Shown here: positions 1 through 9,473 of the stretch, piece after piece | How positions within the stretch are numbered: position 1 is the stretch's first letter | Layout: each line of letters opens with the position of its first letter | Assembly: GCA_002773945.1 (NCBI GenBank) | Contig: PEZT01000016.1 | Coordinates: 11,655 to 75,654, forward strand | Direction: 5' to 3' | DNA length: 64,000 nt | Source: Candidatus Beckwithbacteria bacterium CG10_big_fil_rev_8_21_14_0_10_34_10 | GTDB taxonomy: Bacteria > Patescibacteriota > Microgenomatia > UBA1400 | Position numbers and translations under genes: made by a program | The notes under the pieces: model-generated | The model's input: only the letters and a program-made list of their open reading frames with translations | Database searches by the model: none | What the model was told of the DNA's origin: nothing

Positions 1-1032
1 CAAAGCCGCTATTCTTTCCAGTAGTTTTACTTTAGACATTTTTAAATAGTCAGAAACTATTAAGGCCGCTTCAATATTTTCTTTATTCCACTCACCTGGT
101 AAACCGGTTTTAAACTTGCCTTTTCTTTTACCATAAACTTTATTTTGAACTCGACTGGCTTTAATCAACCGATTCATATACTGACTCTTAGCATTAAAAA
201 CAGCTAAACCATCTTTAGGAAGGGATTTAATTAACTCGAACTTGGCCCATTGAGTCTTATCAATTGAACCAAATAGCTCTAGATGTTGTTCATTTATGCC
301 GGTAATAATCCCAATTTTAGGTTTAACCATCTCACAAATTTCTTTAATCTCTCCTTTTTTATAGGCGCCCATTTCCACCACTAAGATTTCATGGCGGGCC
401 CGAAGGTTATTTAGGATTAAGTTAGCAATCCCCAGCTTAGTATTACAATTCATCGGGGTTTTTAAAACATTGTAAAAACTAGACAGGAGGTGGCTTAAAA
501 TCTCTTTAACCGCTGTTTTACCGTAACTCCCCGTTATCCCAATCACTAAAAGATTATTGGCTCTAGAAATCTTTTTCTTAGCCAGATTGATAATCAGTTG
601 TTTTAGAGGAAGCATAAAAAGATGGGTTATAAAAGAGGCCAAAAAGACAGTTAAAGGAACTAAAAGGTTTAAGAAAAACAAAGTGCTAACTAATAAAAGA
701 GGCACACTAACAAAATAGTCTTTTAAAAGACGGAATAGGGCTCTAAGACTTAAGAAGAAGAAATTGTACTGTAAACCAAAGCTTAAGAGTAAGGTTAGCA
801 TGGCTCTTAAGGTAAAACGGGGTCGGTAAAACATCCGCCACTTTAGAATGTTTACTAGCTCCAAAAGCTGCTTTTTACCGGAAACTGTTCTAAAGTGAGC
901 CTGGAGCCGATCAAAACGATATTCTTTTAACTGAACTAAATAAACAAAAAAGAAATTTGACTTAATAATCTGAAGACTTAAGTAAACCAAAAAAAAGAAG
1001 GCTATGGGAACTAAAATATTTAAATCAACCAT
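1..1032 (-). CDS. murF: UDP-N-acetylmuramoyl-tripeptide--D-Ala-D-Ala ligase with hydrophobic N-terminus (partial, runs off window start)
   Basis: Not in the ORF track. Hand translation from ATG at 1032 gives MVDLNILVPIAFFFLVYL..., with P-loop VIGITGSYGKTAVKEIL, VVEMGAYKKGEI and ITGINEQHLELFGS, typical of MurF. Confidence 0.88.
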   Translation of the reverse strand, partial: MVDLNILVPIAFFFLVYLSLQIIKSNFFFVYLVQLKEYRFDRLQAHFRTVSGKKQLLELVNILKWRMFYRPRFTLRAMLTLLLSFGLQYNFFFLSLRALFRLLKDYFVSVPLLLVSTLFFLNLLVPLTVFLASFITHLFMLPLKQLIINLAKKKISRANNLLVIGITGSYGKTAVKEILSHLLSSFYNVLKTPMNCNTKLGIANLILNNLRARHEILVVEMGAYKKGEIKEICEMVKPKIGIITGINEQHLELFGSIDKTQWAKFELIKSLPKDGLAVFNAKSQYMNRLIKASRVQNKVYGKRKGKFKTGLPGEWNKENIEAALIVSDYLKMSKVKLLERIAAL

Positions 1033-1741
1033 TATTAATAAAATCTAAAATATCTTTAGTAAAACACTGACTTTTTTTAAATGGCAAGCTATGGCCACTA
1101 TTATTATAAACGAGCAATTTAGAATTTGGAATGGCTTTTTTCATCATTAAACCATCTTTTAAAGGTGTCACTTTATCTTTTCTGCCCCAAATAATTAATA
1201 CCGGGGCTTTAATTTTCTGAAGCTTTCCTGTTAAATCTTCTTTTAAAATCTTTTTCATCGTCTTTTTCATTATTTTAGAAGCTAAAAAATAGTCTTTTTC
1301 TCGGGCAACTAAATAAAGGGCTTTTTGGGCTAGCTTAGAGAAAAAACAAAATGGAGGTAGATAAAAAAGAGCTTTGCCACTTTTGGCGATTATTAAAAAT
1401 ATTAACTTTTTAAAAGTAAGCTTTTTCCTGATCCCCGCACTATTAACTAAAATTAGGCCTTTTAAATCTTTGTTTTTTAAAGCCGCATATTTAATTCCTA
1501 AACTACCGCCAAAAGAATGACCGAGTAAATAAAAATCTTTAATCTTTTTTTCCTTAAGGTAATTTTTAAGCCAGGAAATATAATCATCTAAATTATAGGC
1601 TTTAACTATTTCTTCTTTTGAAAAGCCCGGCAAAGAAGGCAAAAAAACCCTTAAACCCTTTTCCTCAAATTTTTTCTTAATAGATTCCCATCTTTGAAGT
1701 TTACTGGCCCAACCGTGAAGAATAACAATGTTTTTACTCAT
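1025..1741 (-). CDS. Alpha/beta-fold hydrolase
   Basis: LHGW oxyanion motif, GHSFGG nucleophile elbow, WGRKDKVTP acid residue, SGH catalytic His. Confidence 0.9.
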   Translation of the reverse strand: MSKNIVILHGWASKLQRWESIKKKFEEKGLRVFLPSLPGFSKEEIVKAYNLDDYISWLKNYLKEKKIKDFYLLGHSFGGSLGIKYAALKNKDLKGLILVNSAGIRKKLTFKKLIFLIIAKSGKALFYLPPFCFFSKLAQKALYLVAREKDYFLASKIMKKTMKKILKEDLTGKLQKIKAPVLIIWGRKDKVTPLKDGLMMKKAIPNSKLLVYNNSGHSLPFKKSQCFTKDILDFINNG

Positions 1742-1750
1742 TAATTCTTA

Positions 1751-2737
1751 TCATAGCAAAGAAGTAATTGCTTTGGCTAGTTTATCAGGGCTATGACGAA
1801 GATAACTTCTTTGAAGAACATCTCCCTTAGACTTCATCTTAATAGCCGGTGCTAAAAAATCTTTTCTTATTAGTTTAAAGTTATTATTGTTTTTCAAGTC
1901 ATCTTTAACTGGAAAGCCTTTTTCTTGTTTGTATAAATTTAAAACTTTATCTGGGATTTTACCAGTATTTAAAAGAACCAAATTAAGCTTTCTCCCTAAA
2001 TGTTTTTCTATTTCTTTAATATGATCCTGGGCCGTAAAATTAGGGGTTTGACCATATCTAGTCATTAGATTAACAATATAAATAATCTTGGCTTTTGAAT
2101 TTTGAATCGCTTTTTTGGTTCCTTCTATCACTAGATTAGGAAGAATGCTGGTATAAAGATCACCTGGCCCTAAAATTATTAAATCCGCCTCTTGAATCGC
2201 TTTTTTGGCTTTAAGATAGATTTTGGCCTTGGGTTTAGTACTAAGCTTAATAATTTTCTTTCCTCCTTGATGTTTTGGTTCATCAATTTCATGCTCCCCA
2301 ATAATTGTTTTTCCGTCCTCATAAGTGGCTTTTAATTGGATATTTGAGGTAGTCACTGGAAATATTTTGCCTTCAAGCCTAAAAATTCGAGCCGCTATTT
2401 CAACTGCCCTTGGTTCAGAATTAGTCAAATCAGTTAAAGCGGTTAGAATTAAGTTGCCTAAATTATGACCCTTTAAACCTTTGCCTTTAGAAAAACGGTA
2501 TAAAAGAATTTTTCTAATGTAGTCATCACCATTTTCTGCTTTTAAAGCGGCCAAGCACTGCCTCATGTCTCCCACTGGTAAAAAGCCAAATTCAGTTCTT
2601 AGTCTCCCGGTTGAGCCACCGCTGTCAGTTACACTGACAATGGCAGTTAAGCTAACCGGGTATTTTCTTAATCCTGAAAGGACTACAAAAGAACCAGTTC
2701 CACCGCCAATGACAACTATTTTCTTTTTTTTCTTCAT
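1751..2737 (-). CDS. yvcK: GlmR/YvcK (UPF0052) UDP-GlcNAc-binding protein
   Basis: IGGGTG, VTDSGGSTGRLR, PVGDMRQCL, GHNLGNL, GPGDLYTSILPNL and C-terminal LRH motifs. Confidence 0.92.
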   Translation of the reverse strand: MKKKKKIVVIGGGTGSFVVLSGLRKYPVSLTAIVSVTDSGGSTGRLRTEFGFLPVGDMRQCLAALKAENGDDYIRKILLYRFSKGKGLKGHNLGNLILTALTDLTNSEPRAVEIAARIFRLEGKIFPVTTSNIQLKATYEDGKTIIGEHEIDEPKHQGGKKIIKLSTKPKAKIYLKAKKAIQEADLIILGPGDLYTSILPNLVIEGTKKAIQNSKAKIIYIVNLMTRYGQTPNFTAQDHIKEIEKHLGRKLNLVLLNTGKIPDKVLNLYKQEKGFPVKDDLKNNNNFKLIRKDFLAPAIKMKSKGDVLQRSYLRHSPDKLAKAITSLL

Positions 2738-2786
2738 CTAATGAAATTATTATTCTTTATGTTAGACTTTATCCAACAAAGCTATT

Positions 2787-4556
2787 TTACTTAACCGTCA
2801 CACTTTTAGCCAGATTTCTGGGCTTATCTGGATCAGTCCCTCTACCTAAACCTAAATAATATCCTAGAAGCTGGCCCACAATAATATTAGGAATTAGGGT
2901 TAATTCTTTTAAGTCAGGTGTTTTAAAATGATAATCAAATACCAATGAGTTAAAAGGAGCCACTCCAATAATCTTGGCTCCTCTGGATTTTAACTCCATC
3001 GCACTGGACAAAACTTCCTCTTTAATTTTTTTTTGGCTGTCTAAAAGAGCAATACAGGGAGTTCCTTTTTGAATTAAGCTAATGACTCCGTGTTTTAACT
3101 CTCCCGAGGCAAAAGCTTCTGAATGAAGATAACTGGTTTCTTTAATTTTTAAGGCAAACTCCAGGGCCGCCGGATAATTTAAATGTTTACCAATTAGATA
3201 AATATCATTAGCGTCTAAAAGCATTTTAGCCAGCTTAATAATTTTTTCTTTAATTCCATTTTTAAACCATAATCTTAAAGATTTATCTAAAGATTTAATT
3301 TTTTTTCTTCCTAAGTCACCTTTCCCTTTAACAGAAGAAGAAAGTAAATATAAGGTGGCTAGTTGGCTGGTAAAAGCCTTGGTAGAGACAACCGCAATTT
3401 CCGGACCGGCTCCAACCGGTAAAGTAAAATCTGCTAATCTTTCTAAAGTAGAACCAGGGGCATTAACAATAGCGGCTATTAATGCCTTTTTTTGTTTGGC
3501 TTTTTTAACGGCAATTAAAGTGTCAGCGGTTTCTCCACTTTGGGAAATAGCTATAACGATTGTTTTAGAATTGCAAAACCTAGCAAATGGTAAAAACTCA
3601 TAAGCCCCATACGATTGAGCTTCGATTCCGGCATGGGCAAAAAAATACTCCGCCGCCTTAGCACAATAAGAAGCGGTTCCACAACCTAAAAGGATTACCT
3701 TCTTTCCTTTTTTAATTTTCAAACTTAGTTTTTTAATTACTTCCCTATTCAACTCCGCTGTTTTAGAAATGGTTTTTGGCTGCTCAAATATTTCTTTAAT
3801 TAAAAAGTGGGAATAACCGCCTTTTTGGGCATCTTCAACTTCCCAATTAACTATCTTAACTTTAATTCTTTTCTTCTTTCCTGTTTGAAGATTAAAAAAA
3901 CTGACTCCGTGTCTTTTTAAGACTACTCCTTCTCTATCTTTTAGAAAAACCGCTTTTTTAGTTTTCTTTAAAAAGGGAGTAACATCAGAGGCTAAAAAAT
4001 ATTCATCTTTTCCAATTCCCACCACCAAAGGAGAACCATCCCGACAAGCCAAAATTGTTTCTTTTTTTGAATCTAGAACACAAATAGCATTAGAACCAGA
4101 AAGAGCTTTAAAAGTAGAAAAAACTGCTTTTCTTAAAGACATTGTCTTTAATTTTTCTTCAATAAAATGAGCAATTACTTCTGTATCTGTTTCCGATCTA
4201 AACTGGTGGCCTTTTTTCTTTAATTCAGTTTTAATCTCCTGATAATTCTCCACAATTCCGTTGTGAATAACCGCTAATTTCCGGGAGCAATCTAAGTGAG
4301 GATGAGCATTACTATTAGTTACTCCTCCATGAGTGGCCCAGCGGGTATGGCCAATAGCAATGGAGCTTAAAGGAAGCTTGGTTTTAGCCTGGCCTATTTT
4401 CCCAATATGCTTTTCCACTTTTAATACTTGAGACCGAAGAGGTTTAACTGCCAAACCCCAGGAGTCATAACCCCGATACTCAAGTTTTTTTAATCCTTGA
4501 AAGACAAATTGACTCCCATTTTTAGATTTACCAATATAAGCTACTATTCCACACAT
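2787..4556 (-). CDS. glmS: Glutamine--fructose-6-phosphate transaminase (isomerizing)
   Basis: N-terminal MCGI, LEYRGYDS, GHTRWATHG, SQSGETADT, ELKHG, C-terminal DKPRNLAKSVTV. Confidence 0.97.
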   Translation of the reverse strand: MCGIVAYIGKSKNGSQFVFQGLKKLEYRGYDSWGLAVKPLRSQVLKVEKHIGKIGQAKTKLPLSSIAIGHTRWATHGGVTNSNAHPHLDCSRKLAVIHNGIVENYQEIKTELKKKGHQFRSETDTEVIAHFIEEKLKTMSLRKAVFSTFKALSGSNAICVLDSKKETILACRDGSPLVVGIGKDEYFLASDVTPFLKKTKKAVFLKDREGVVLKRHGVSFFNLQTGKKKRIKVKIVNWEVEDAQKGGYSHFLIKEIFEQPKTISKTAELNREVIKKLSLKIKKGKKVILLGCGTASYCAKAAEYFFAHAGIEAQSYGAYEFLPFARFCNSKTIVIAISQSGETADTLIAVKKAKQKKALIAAIVNAPGSTLERLADFTLPVGAGPEIAVVSTKAFTSQLATLYLLSSSVKGKGDLGRKKIKSLDKSLRLWFKNGIKEKIIKLAKMLLDANDIYLIGKHLNYPAALEFALKIKETSYLHSEAFASGELKHGVISLIQKGTPCIALLDSQKKIKEEVLSSAMELKSRGAKIIGVAPFNSLVFDYHFKTPDLKELTLIPNIIVGQLLGYYLGLGRGTDPDKPRNLAKSVTVK

Positions 4557-4564
4557 TTAACTAC

Positions 4565-4592
4565 AAAAAATCCCTAAGCCAAATTAAGGATT
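4565..4592 (-). terminator. Terminator-like hairpin directly upstream of glmS
   Basis: Minus-strand RNA AAUCCUUAA-UUUGGC-UUAGGGAUU-UUUU: 9-bp stem with one G.U pair, short U tail. Confidence 0.45.
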
Positions 4593-4599
4593 ATTAATC

Positions 4600-4803
4600 T
4601 TAATATTTAGGTTCACCCATTGTTCCTAGTCCTATTTTAAGCTGTGCTGCTGTTTTTTCCGGCATAGGTAGTTCTCCACCTGAGCTCATTATCCTTTCCC
4701 ACTTAAAAAATTCTTCTAAATCAGCTACTGGCAAAATTAATTCTACTCCTCCATACCATGTTGAAACTAATGGTTGGTTTTCTCCTTTAATAACTTCTGC
4801 CAT
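4600..4803 (-). CDS. Small hypothetical protein (67 aa)
   Basis: Co-oriented with the cluster; GGAG Shine-Dalgarno 5 nt upstream of the ATG. Confidence 0.6.
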   Translation of the reverse strand: MAEVIKGENQPLVSTWYGGVELILPVADLEEFFKWERIMSSGGELPMPEKTAAQLKIGLGTMGEPKY

Positions 4804-4854
4804 TTAAACTCCAATCCAGGCAGATAATATATTTATAAATATTTCTATTTAAAA

Positions 4855-5016
4855 CTAAACGCCCACCGCCTCAAGTTTATCTAGTAACCCCATAGCATCC
4901 CATTGCCAATTAGTTAATTTAGCCACTCTTATTTCCCGTGCTTCATAAGTTTCAGAATAAAGGGGTTGCTCATCTATTACGCGCTGGGCATTTAAAATAG
5001 CGCCAGCACCTGCCAT
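4855..5016 (-). CDS. Small hypothetical protein (53 aa; frame is open ~24 codons further upstream)
   Basis: Hand translation MAGAGAILNAQRVIDEQPLYSETYEAREIRVAKLTNWQWDAMGLLDKLEAVGV*; fills the gap after murA; absent from the ORF track. Confidence 0.5.
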   Translation of the reverse strand: MAGAGAILNAQRVIDEQPLYSETYEAREIRVAKLTNWQWDAMGLLDKLEAVGV

Positions 5017-5106
5017 CGATATCCTATAAAGACGATCAAGGTTTTCTGCTGAAATTTTAACCCACCCCCTTATTGGATTTGTAATTTTTTACAGTGTTTA
5101 TACATC

Positions 5107-6423
5107 CTATTTTACTCTTTTAATATTAGCCCCTAATTGTCTTAGTTTTTCATCTAGTTTCTCATAACCCCTATCAATATGAGATATATTTTCCAAAGTT
5201 GATTTGCCTTTGGCTATCAGGGCGGCCATAACTAGGGTAGCACCAGCCCTAAGATCAGTGACTTTAAGGTTGGCTCCTTTTAAAGGAGTGGGGCCAGTAA
5301 TTTTAGCCGCGTGAAGGTTTTTATCAGTTTCCGGATTATCAAACTCATAGTATTTTTTAAGATTCCTAACTTCTGGATTAAAAAGTTTTATTTTAGCGCC
5401 CATTTTTTCAAGTTCATGACAGTATTGAAAGCGGTTATTATGAACTCTTTCAATAACTTGGCTTATGCCCTTAGCTTGAGTCATTAAGATTGTCCATAAG
5501 GGCTGCCAGTCAGTCATAAAGCCTGGGGCTGGTTGAGTCTCTATATTAGTGGCTTTCAACTGCTTTTCATACCAAAATCTCATTCCAAACTTGTTAGTTT
5601 CAAACTTAGCTCCAATTTCATCCAGCTTTTCTAAAAAAGCTTTAAGGTGGCTTTTTTTAGCATTTTCCAACACTATATCTCCTTTAGTGGCTAAAGCGGC
5701 GACTGCATAAGAAATGGCTTCGTTTCTATCCGGCATCACTTGATGAATTGCCCCTCCCAGTTTTTTAACTCCATTTATTATTATTTCTTCTCCAGGGCCT
5801 CTTTTAATTTCTCCTCCCATTTTATTTAAAAACTCAATTAAATCATCAATTTCCGGCTCTTGACCAGCATTTTCAATTACGGTTCTACCTTTAGCCTTGG
5901 CCGCTACAATAATCATCGCTTCAGTACCAGTATGGGTTTTTTTGTCAAACCTAAAGGTAGTTCCTTTAAGATTTTTTCCGGTTATATGAATATTTTCTCC
6001 CTGATAGGAAACTTTAGCTCCCAAGCTTTTTAAAGCTTCTAAGTGGCGGTTAACCGGCCTTGTTCCTAAAACACATCCCCCTGGCAGGGGAATGATGGCT
6101 TTTCCAGATCGGGCTAAAAGCATGGCCGCAAAAAGAGTCGCCGCTCTAGTTTTTTTGCCTTCTAACTTCGGCAATTGGCTCATTTTTAAACCATTGGCTT
6201 CAATAAAAACAGTTCTTTCACCGCATTTCTTAACCTTAACTCCTATTTTCTTTAAAATTGCTTGGGTGTTTTCCACGTCTGAAATATAGGAGAGGTTGAG
6301 AATCCTTGACTCCCCTTCTCCAAGGGAAGCAGCAATCATTAATTTAAAGCCGGCATTTTTTGCTCCCCCTAATCTAACTGCTCCCATTAAAGGGTTACCA
6401 CCCTCAATCACTAATCTGGCCAT
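5107..6423 (-). CDS. murA: UDP-N-acetylglucosamine 1-carboxyvinyltransferase
   Basis: GAKNA, LPGGCVLGTRP (active-site Cys kept), PGFMTD, DLRAGA, HIDRGYE. Confidence 0.96.
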   Translation of the reverse strand: MARLVIEGGNPLMGAVRLGGAKNAGFKLMIAASLGEGESRILNLSYISDVENTQAILKKIGVKVKKCGERTVFIEANGLKMSQLPKLEGKKTRAATLFAAMLLARSGKAIIPLPGGCVLGTRPVNRHLEALKSLGAKVSYQGENIHITGKNLKGTTFRFDKKTHTGTEAMIIVAAKAKGRTVIENAGQEPEIDDLIEFLNKMGGEIKRGPGEEIIINGVKKLGGAIHQVMPDRNEAISYAVAALATKGDIVLENAKKSHLKAFLEKLDEIGAKFETNKFGMRFWYEKQLKATNIETQPAPGFMTDWQPLWTILMTQAKGISQVIERVHNNRFQYCHELEKMGAKIKLFNPEVRNLKKYYEFDNPETDKNLHAAKITGPTPLKGANLKVTDLRAGATLVMAALIAKGKSTLENISHIDRGYEKLDEKLRQLGANIKRVK

Positions 6424-8721
6424 TTAAAATTCTCCTTTTAAGAAAACTTCTTGCTCTAGCCTTAAAGAAAACTTTTCTTTAACTTTTTTTTGAATTAACG
6501 AGACTAATTTTAACACATCTTTGGCTTTGGCATTGGATTTGTTAAGAATAAAGCTGGCATGCTTTTGGCTGACTTGCGCCCCTCCAACTGTCATTCCCTT
6601 AAAACCAGCTTTTTCAATTAAAAATCCAGCTGAATTAGAAGGAGGATTTTTGAAAAAACAACCAGCGCTTTTTTCATTCATCGGATGGTATTTATTTCGA
6701 TATTTAATTGTCTCTTTTACTATTTTCTCAATTTTAAACCTATTTCCTTTTTTAAGTTTGAAAAATAATTTAAGAATAATATCCTTACTTTTTTGAAAGG
6801 TAGAATAATCATAGGAAAACTTTATCTCTTTCCTTTTTAACGTTTTTACTTTTTTCTGTTTTAAATTATAGACTTCTACTTTTTGAATTAGATCTGCCAT
6901 GTATTTATCTTTAAAGTGAGAATTATTAAATACCGCTCCCCCAATAGTTCCGGGCAAACCGGCAAAGTATTCAAACCCAGATAAGCTATTTTCTAAGCCA
7001 TAGCTAACTAGCTGAGAGGTAAAAGCGCCACTCTCCACCCCTAAAAGATCATTATCTTTATCTATTGTCTGGGCCCGGTTAATAATTACTAAGCCCTTTA
7101 TTCCCAGATCACTAATTAAAACATTAGTTCCCCCACCAATAACCTCAAATTTAATCTTTTTTTGAAGGGCCCATTTTATGGCCTTAACTAACTGAGATTT
7201 AGTTTTAACCAGAGTGAAGTATTCGGCCTTACCCCCAATATTAAAGCTGGTAAAAGAGGCTAATGGCTTGTTTTTTTTTATTTTAATGTCTTTTTCTTTA
7301 CTTTTCCTAATATTTCCTAATAAATTTTTATGCCAGTTAAAAATATCACCGGCTCCAAGAGTTATAATTAAATCATTATCCTTAACATTACTTTTAAGAA
7401 ACTCCCCTGCTTCGGGAAAAGATTTTTTGTAAAAAACATTAGGATTATACTTTTTAATCCTCTCTGCTAATATTTCTCCGGAAACATTAGGATCTATTTG
7501 TTCTCGGGCTGAAGCATAAATATCAGTAATGATAACTAGGTCGGCTGAGTTAAAGGCTTTAGCAAAATCTTTTAATAAAGCTTTGGTCCGAGAATAAGTA
7601 TGAGGTTGAAAAATAGCGATTATCCTTTTGTCTTTAAAATTGGCTTTAACAGCTTTTAAAGTTGCCTGAAGCTGACAAGGATGATGAGCATAATCATCAA
7701 AGAACAAAATCCCATTTATTTTTTTAATTAATTCAAACCTTCTTTTAGTGCCTTTAAAGTTTTTTAAACCTTTTATAATTGTCTTTTCATCTATATTAAA
7801 AAACTTAGCCATAATAAAAGCGCCAACTGCATTTTTTAGATTAAATTCTCCGGGAACAGAAAGACTAATTTTAACTGGCTTGCCTTTTTTAGGTTTTATT
7901 AAAAATTCACTTTTCCCCTGCTTTTGCCATAAAAGCTTTATTTGCCAAAAAGCCTCCTTAGTCATCCCAAAGGTTTGAACTGGAACATTTAAGGTCTTTA
8001 TAAGTTTTTTAACCTCTGGACTATCAACCCCGGCGACTAAAAGACCGTTAGGAGGTATTTTTTTAGCAAAGTTTTTAAAAGCTTTTAAAGTCTCAAAAAT
8101 ATCTTTATATACATCAGGATGATCATAGGCAATGTTTGTCATTACCATTGCTTTGGGATTCTGGTAATCAAAACGGGGTCTTTTATCTTGGGGAGAAGAA
8201 AAATACTCATCAGCTTCAGCAATAAAATGCTGACCTTGAAAATCATATTTACCGGAAGCTTCTAGGTTGGAAATTCCCCCGGCACCAACGGCAAAACTAG
8301 GATTGAGTTTAGCGGCTTTAAAAATACTAACTAACATCGCACTTGTAGTTGTCTTCCCTCCTACGCCGCAAACAGATATACCAATCTTAGAATCCATTAG
8401 CAAACCCAAAGCCTGGGCATGAGACATTACCGGAATATTCATTTTTTTTGCAGCCATTACTTCTGGATTTTCTTCTCCCCCATGAGCGGCTGTAAAAACA
8501 AGCAAGTCAACTAACTTAAAATTTGATTCTTTAAAACCTTTGTGCCAAGAAATCCCGGCTTTTTTTAAGGTTTCATCAGTGACAAAATATTCCTCAATAT
8601 CACTCCCGCTTATCTCAATCCCCATATCCTTAAAACACAAAGCCAAAGCTGTCATTCCCACTCCCTTAATCCCTGTCATATGGATTTTTTTAATATTGTT
8701 AAAATCTATTTTGTTATTCAT
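6424..8721 (-). CDS. murC-murB: MurC-MurB fusion (UDP-MurNAc--L-Ala ligase plus UDP-N-acetylenolpyruvoylglucosamine reductase)
   Basis: First ~465 aa: GIKGVGM, GVGGKTTT, EADEY, DDYAHHP, FQPHTYSRT, LGAGDI. Last ~290 aa: IGGKA, GGGTNVL, GLPGTIGGA, SAGCFFKNP, LEQEV. Confidence 0.93.
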   Translation of the reverse strand: MNNKIDFNNIKKIHMTGIKGVGMTALALCFKDMGIEISGSDIEEYFVTDETLKKAGISWHKGFKESNFKLVDLLVFTAAHGGEENPEVMAAKKMNIPVMSHAQALGLLMDSKIGISVCGVGGKTTTSAMLVSIFKAAKLNPSFAVGAGGISNLEASGKYDFQGQHFIAEADEYFSSPQDKRPRFDYQNPKAMVMTNIAYDHPDVYKDIFETLKAFKNFAKKIPPNGLLVAGVDSPEVKKLIKTLNVPVQTFGMTKEAFWQIKLLWQKQGKSEFLIKPKKGKPVKISLSVPGEFNLKNAVGAFIMAKFFNIDEKTIIKGLKNFKGTKRRFELIKKINGILFFDDYAHHPCQLQATLKAVKANFKDKRIIAIFQPHTYSRTKALLKDFAKAFNSADLVIITDIYASAREQIDPNVSGEILAERIKKYNPNVFYKKSFPEAGEFLKSNVKDNDLIITLGAGDIFNWHKNLLGNIRKSKEKDIKIKKNKPLASFTSFNIGGKAEYFTLVKTKSQLVKAIKWALQKKIKFEVIGGGTNVLISDLGIKGLVIINRAQTIDKDNDLLGVESGAFTSQLVSYGLENSLSGFEYFAGLPGTIGGAVFNNSHFKDKYMADLIQKVEVYNLKQKKVKTLKRKEIKFSYDYSTFQKSKDIILKLFFKLKKGNRFKIEKIVKETIKYRNKYHPMNEKSAGCFFKNPPSNSAGFLIEKAGFKGMTVGGAQVSQKHASFILNKSNAKAKDVLKLVSLIQKKVKEKFSLRLEQEVFLKGEF

Positions 8722-8726
8722 TTAAT

Positions 8727-9470
8727 TTATTCTCTTAAACCAATTAAACTGGCAAACCGGCCTTTTTTCTCCTTATTCTTTAACTCCCGAAAATGGGAAA
8801 AATAGTTTTTAGAACAACAGGTACAAATCTCATTTACCTCTATATTATCCCTTTTTATCCCTAAACTTTGCAACTTGCTGACTAAAAAACTACTTAAGTC
8901 TAAAGAAACCAAACCATTTCTCTCTTTTTTGATAAAATCTTTCCATTCTGGCAATTTACTTTGAACTAATGATCTGTGTCTAAAACAGCAGGCTTTAATT
9001 CCAGGACCTAGAGCCACAATAATATCTTTAAGGTTTGAATTAAACTCAGTCGCCATTAAAAAAAGAGTTTCTAAAAATATTTTCTCAATTGCTCCCCGCC
9101 AGCCAAGATGAACCATGGCAATTACCTTGTTTTTAGGATCATAAAAAAAGACGGGCAGGCAATCAGCGGTTTTTACCATCAAAAAAACATTTCTCTTATT
9201 AGTAACAAGGCCATCAGTTGAAGCAATCGGCTTAATAATTGATTTAACTGTTTTTATTATTTTAACCTGACTGCCATGAACCTGATCCATTTCTATAATC
9301 TGGTTTAAATTAATTTTAAGACTCTTAGCTATTTTCTGCCTGTTTTTTAAAACTTCTTTTTTTAAGCCATATTTATAGGAAACATTACCAAAGCTCCTGG
9401 GGAAAACAGCCGCCGTAAGATGACTAAACTTTTTTAACTTTTTAAACTGAAGAAATTCATTTTTACTCAT
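8727..9470 (-). CDS. pgeF: Peptidoglycan editing factor PgeF/YfiH family
   Basis: QVHG, TDGLVT, TADCLPV, HLGWRG, ICTCC..YFSH motifs; dcw context. Confidence 0.9.
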   Translation of the reverse strand: MSKNEFLQFKKLKKFSHLTAAVFPRSFGNVSYKYGLKKEVLKNRQKIAKSLKINLNQIIEMDQVHGSQVKIIKTVKSIIKPIASTDGLVTNKRNVFLMVKTADCLPVFFYDPKNKVIAMVHLGWRGAIEKIFLETLFLMATEFNSNLKDIIVALGPGIKACCFRHRSLVQSKLPEWKDFIKKERNGLVSLDLSSFLVSKLQSLGIKRDNIEVNEICTCCSKNYFSHFRELKNKEKKGRFASLIGLRE

Positions 9471-9473
9471 TGA

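Noticed and set aside
4999-5035. AGCGCCAGCACC...GACGA resembling the glmS ribozyme core, near glmS
   Set aside because: It is on the plus strand, antisense to glmS, lacks GACGAGG and the P1 pairing, and is explained by the AGAGA codons of the small ORF
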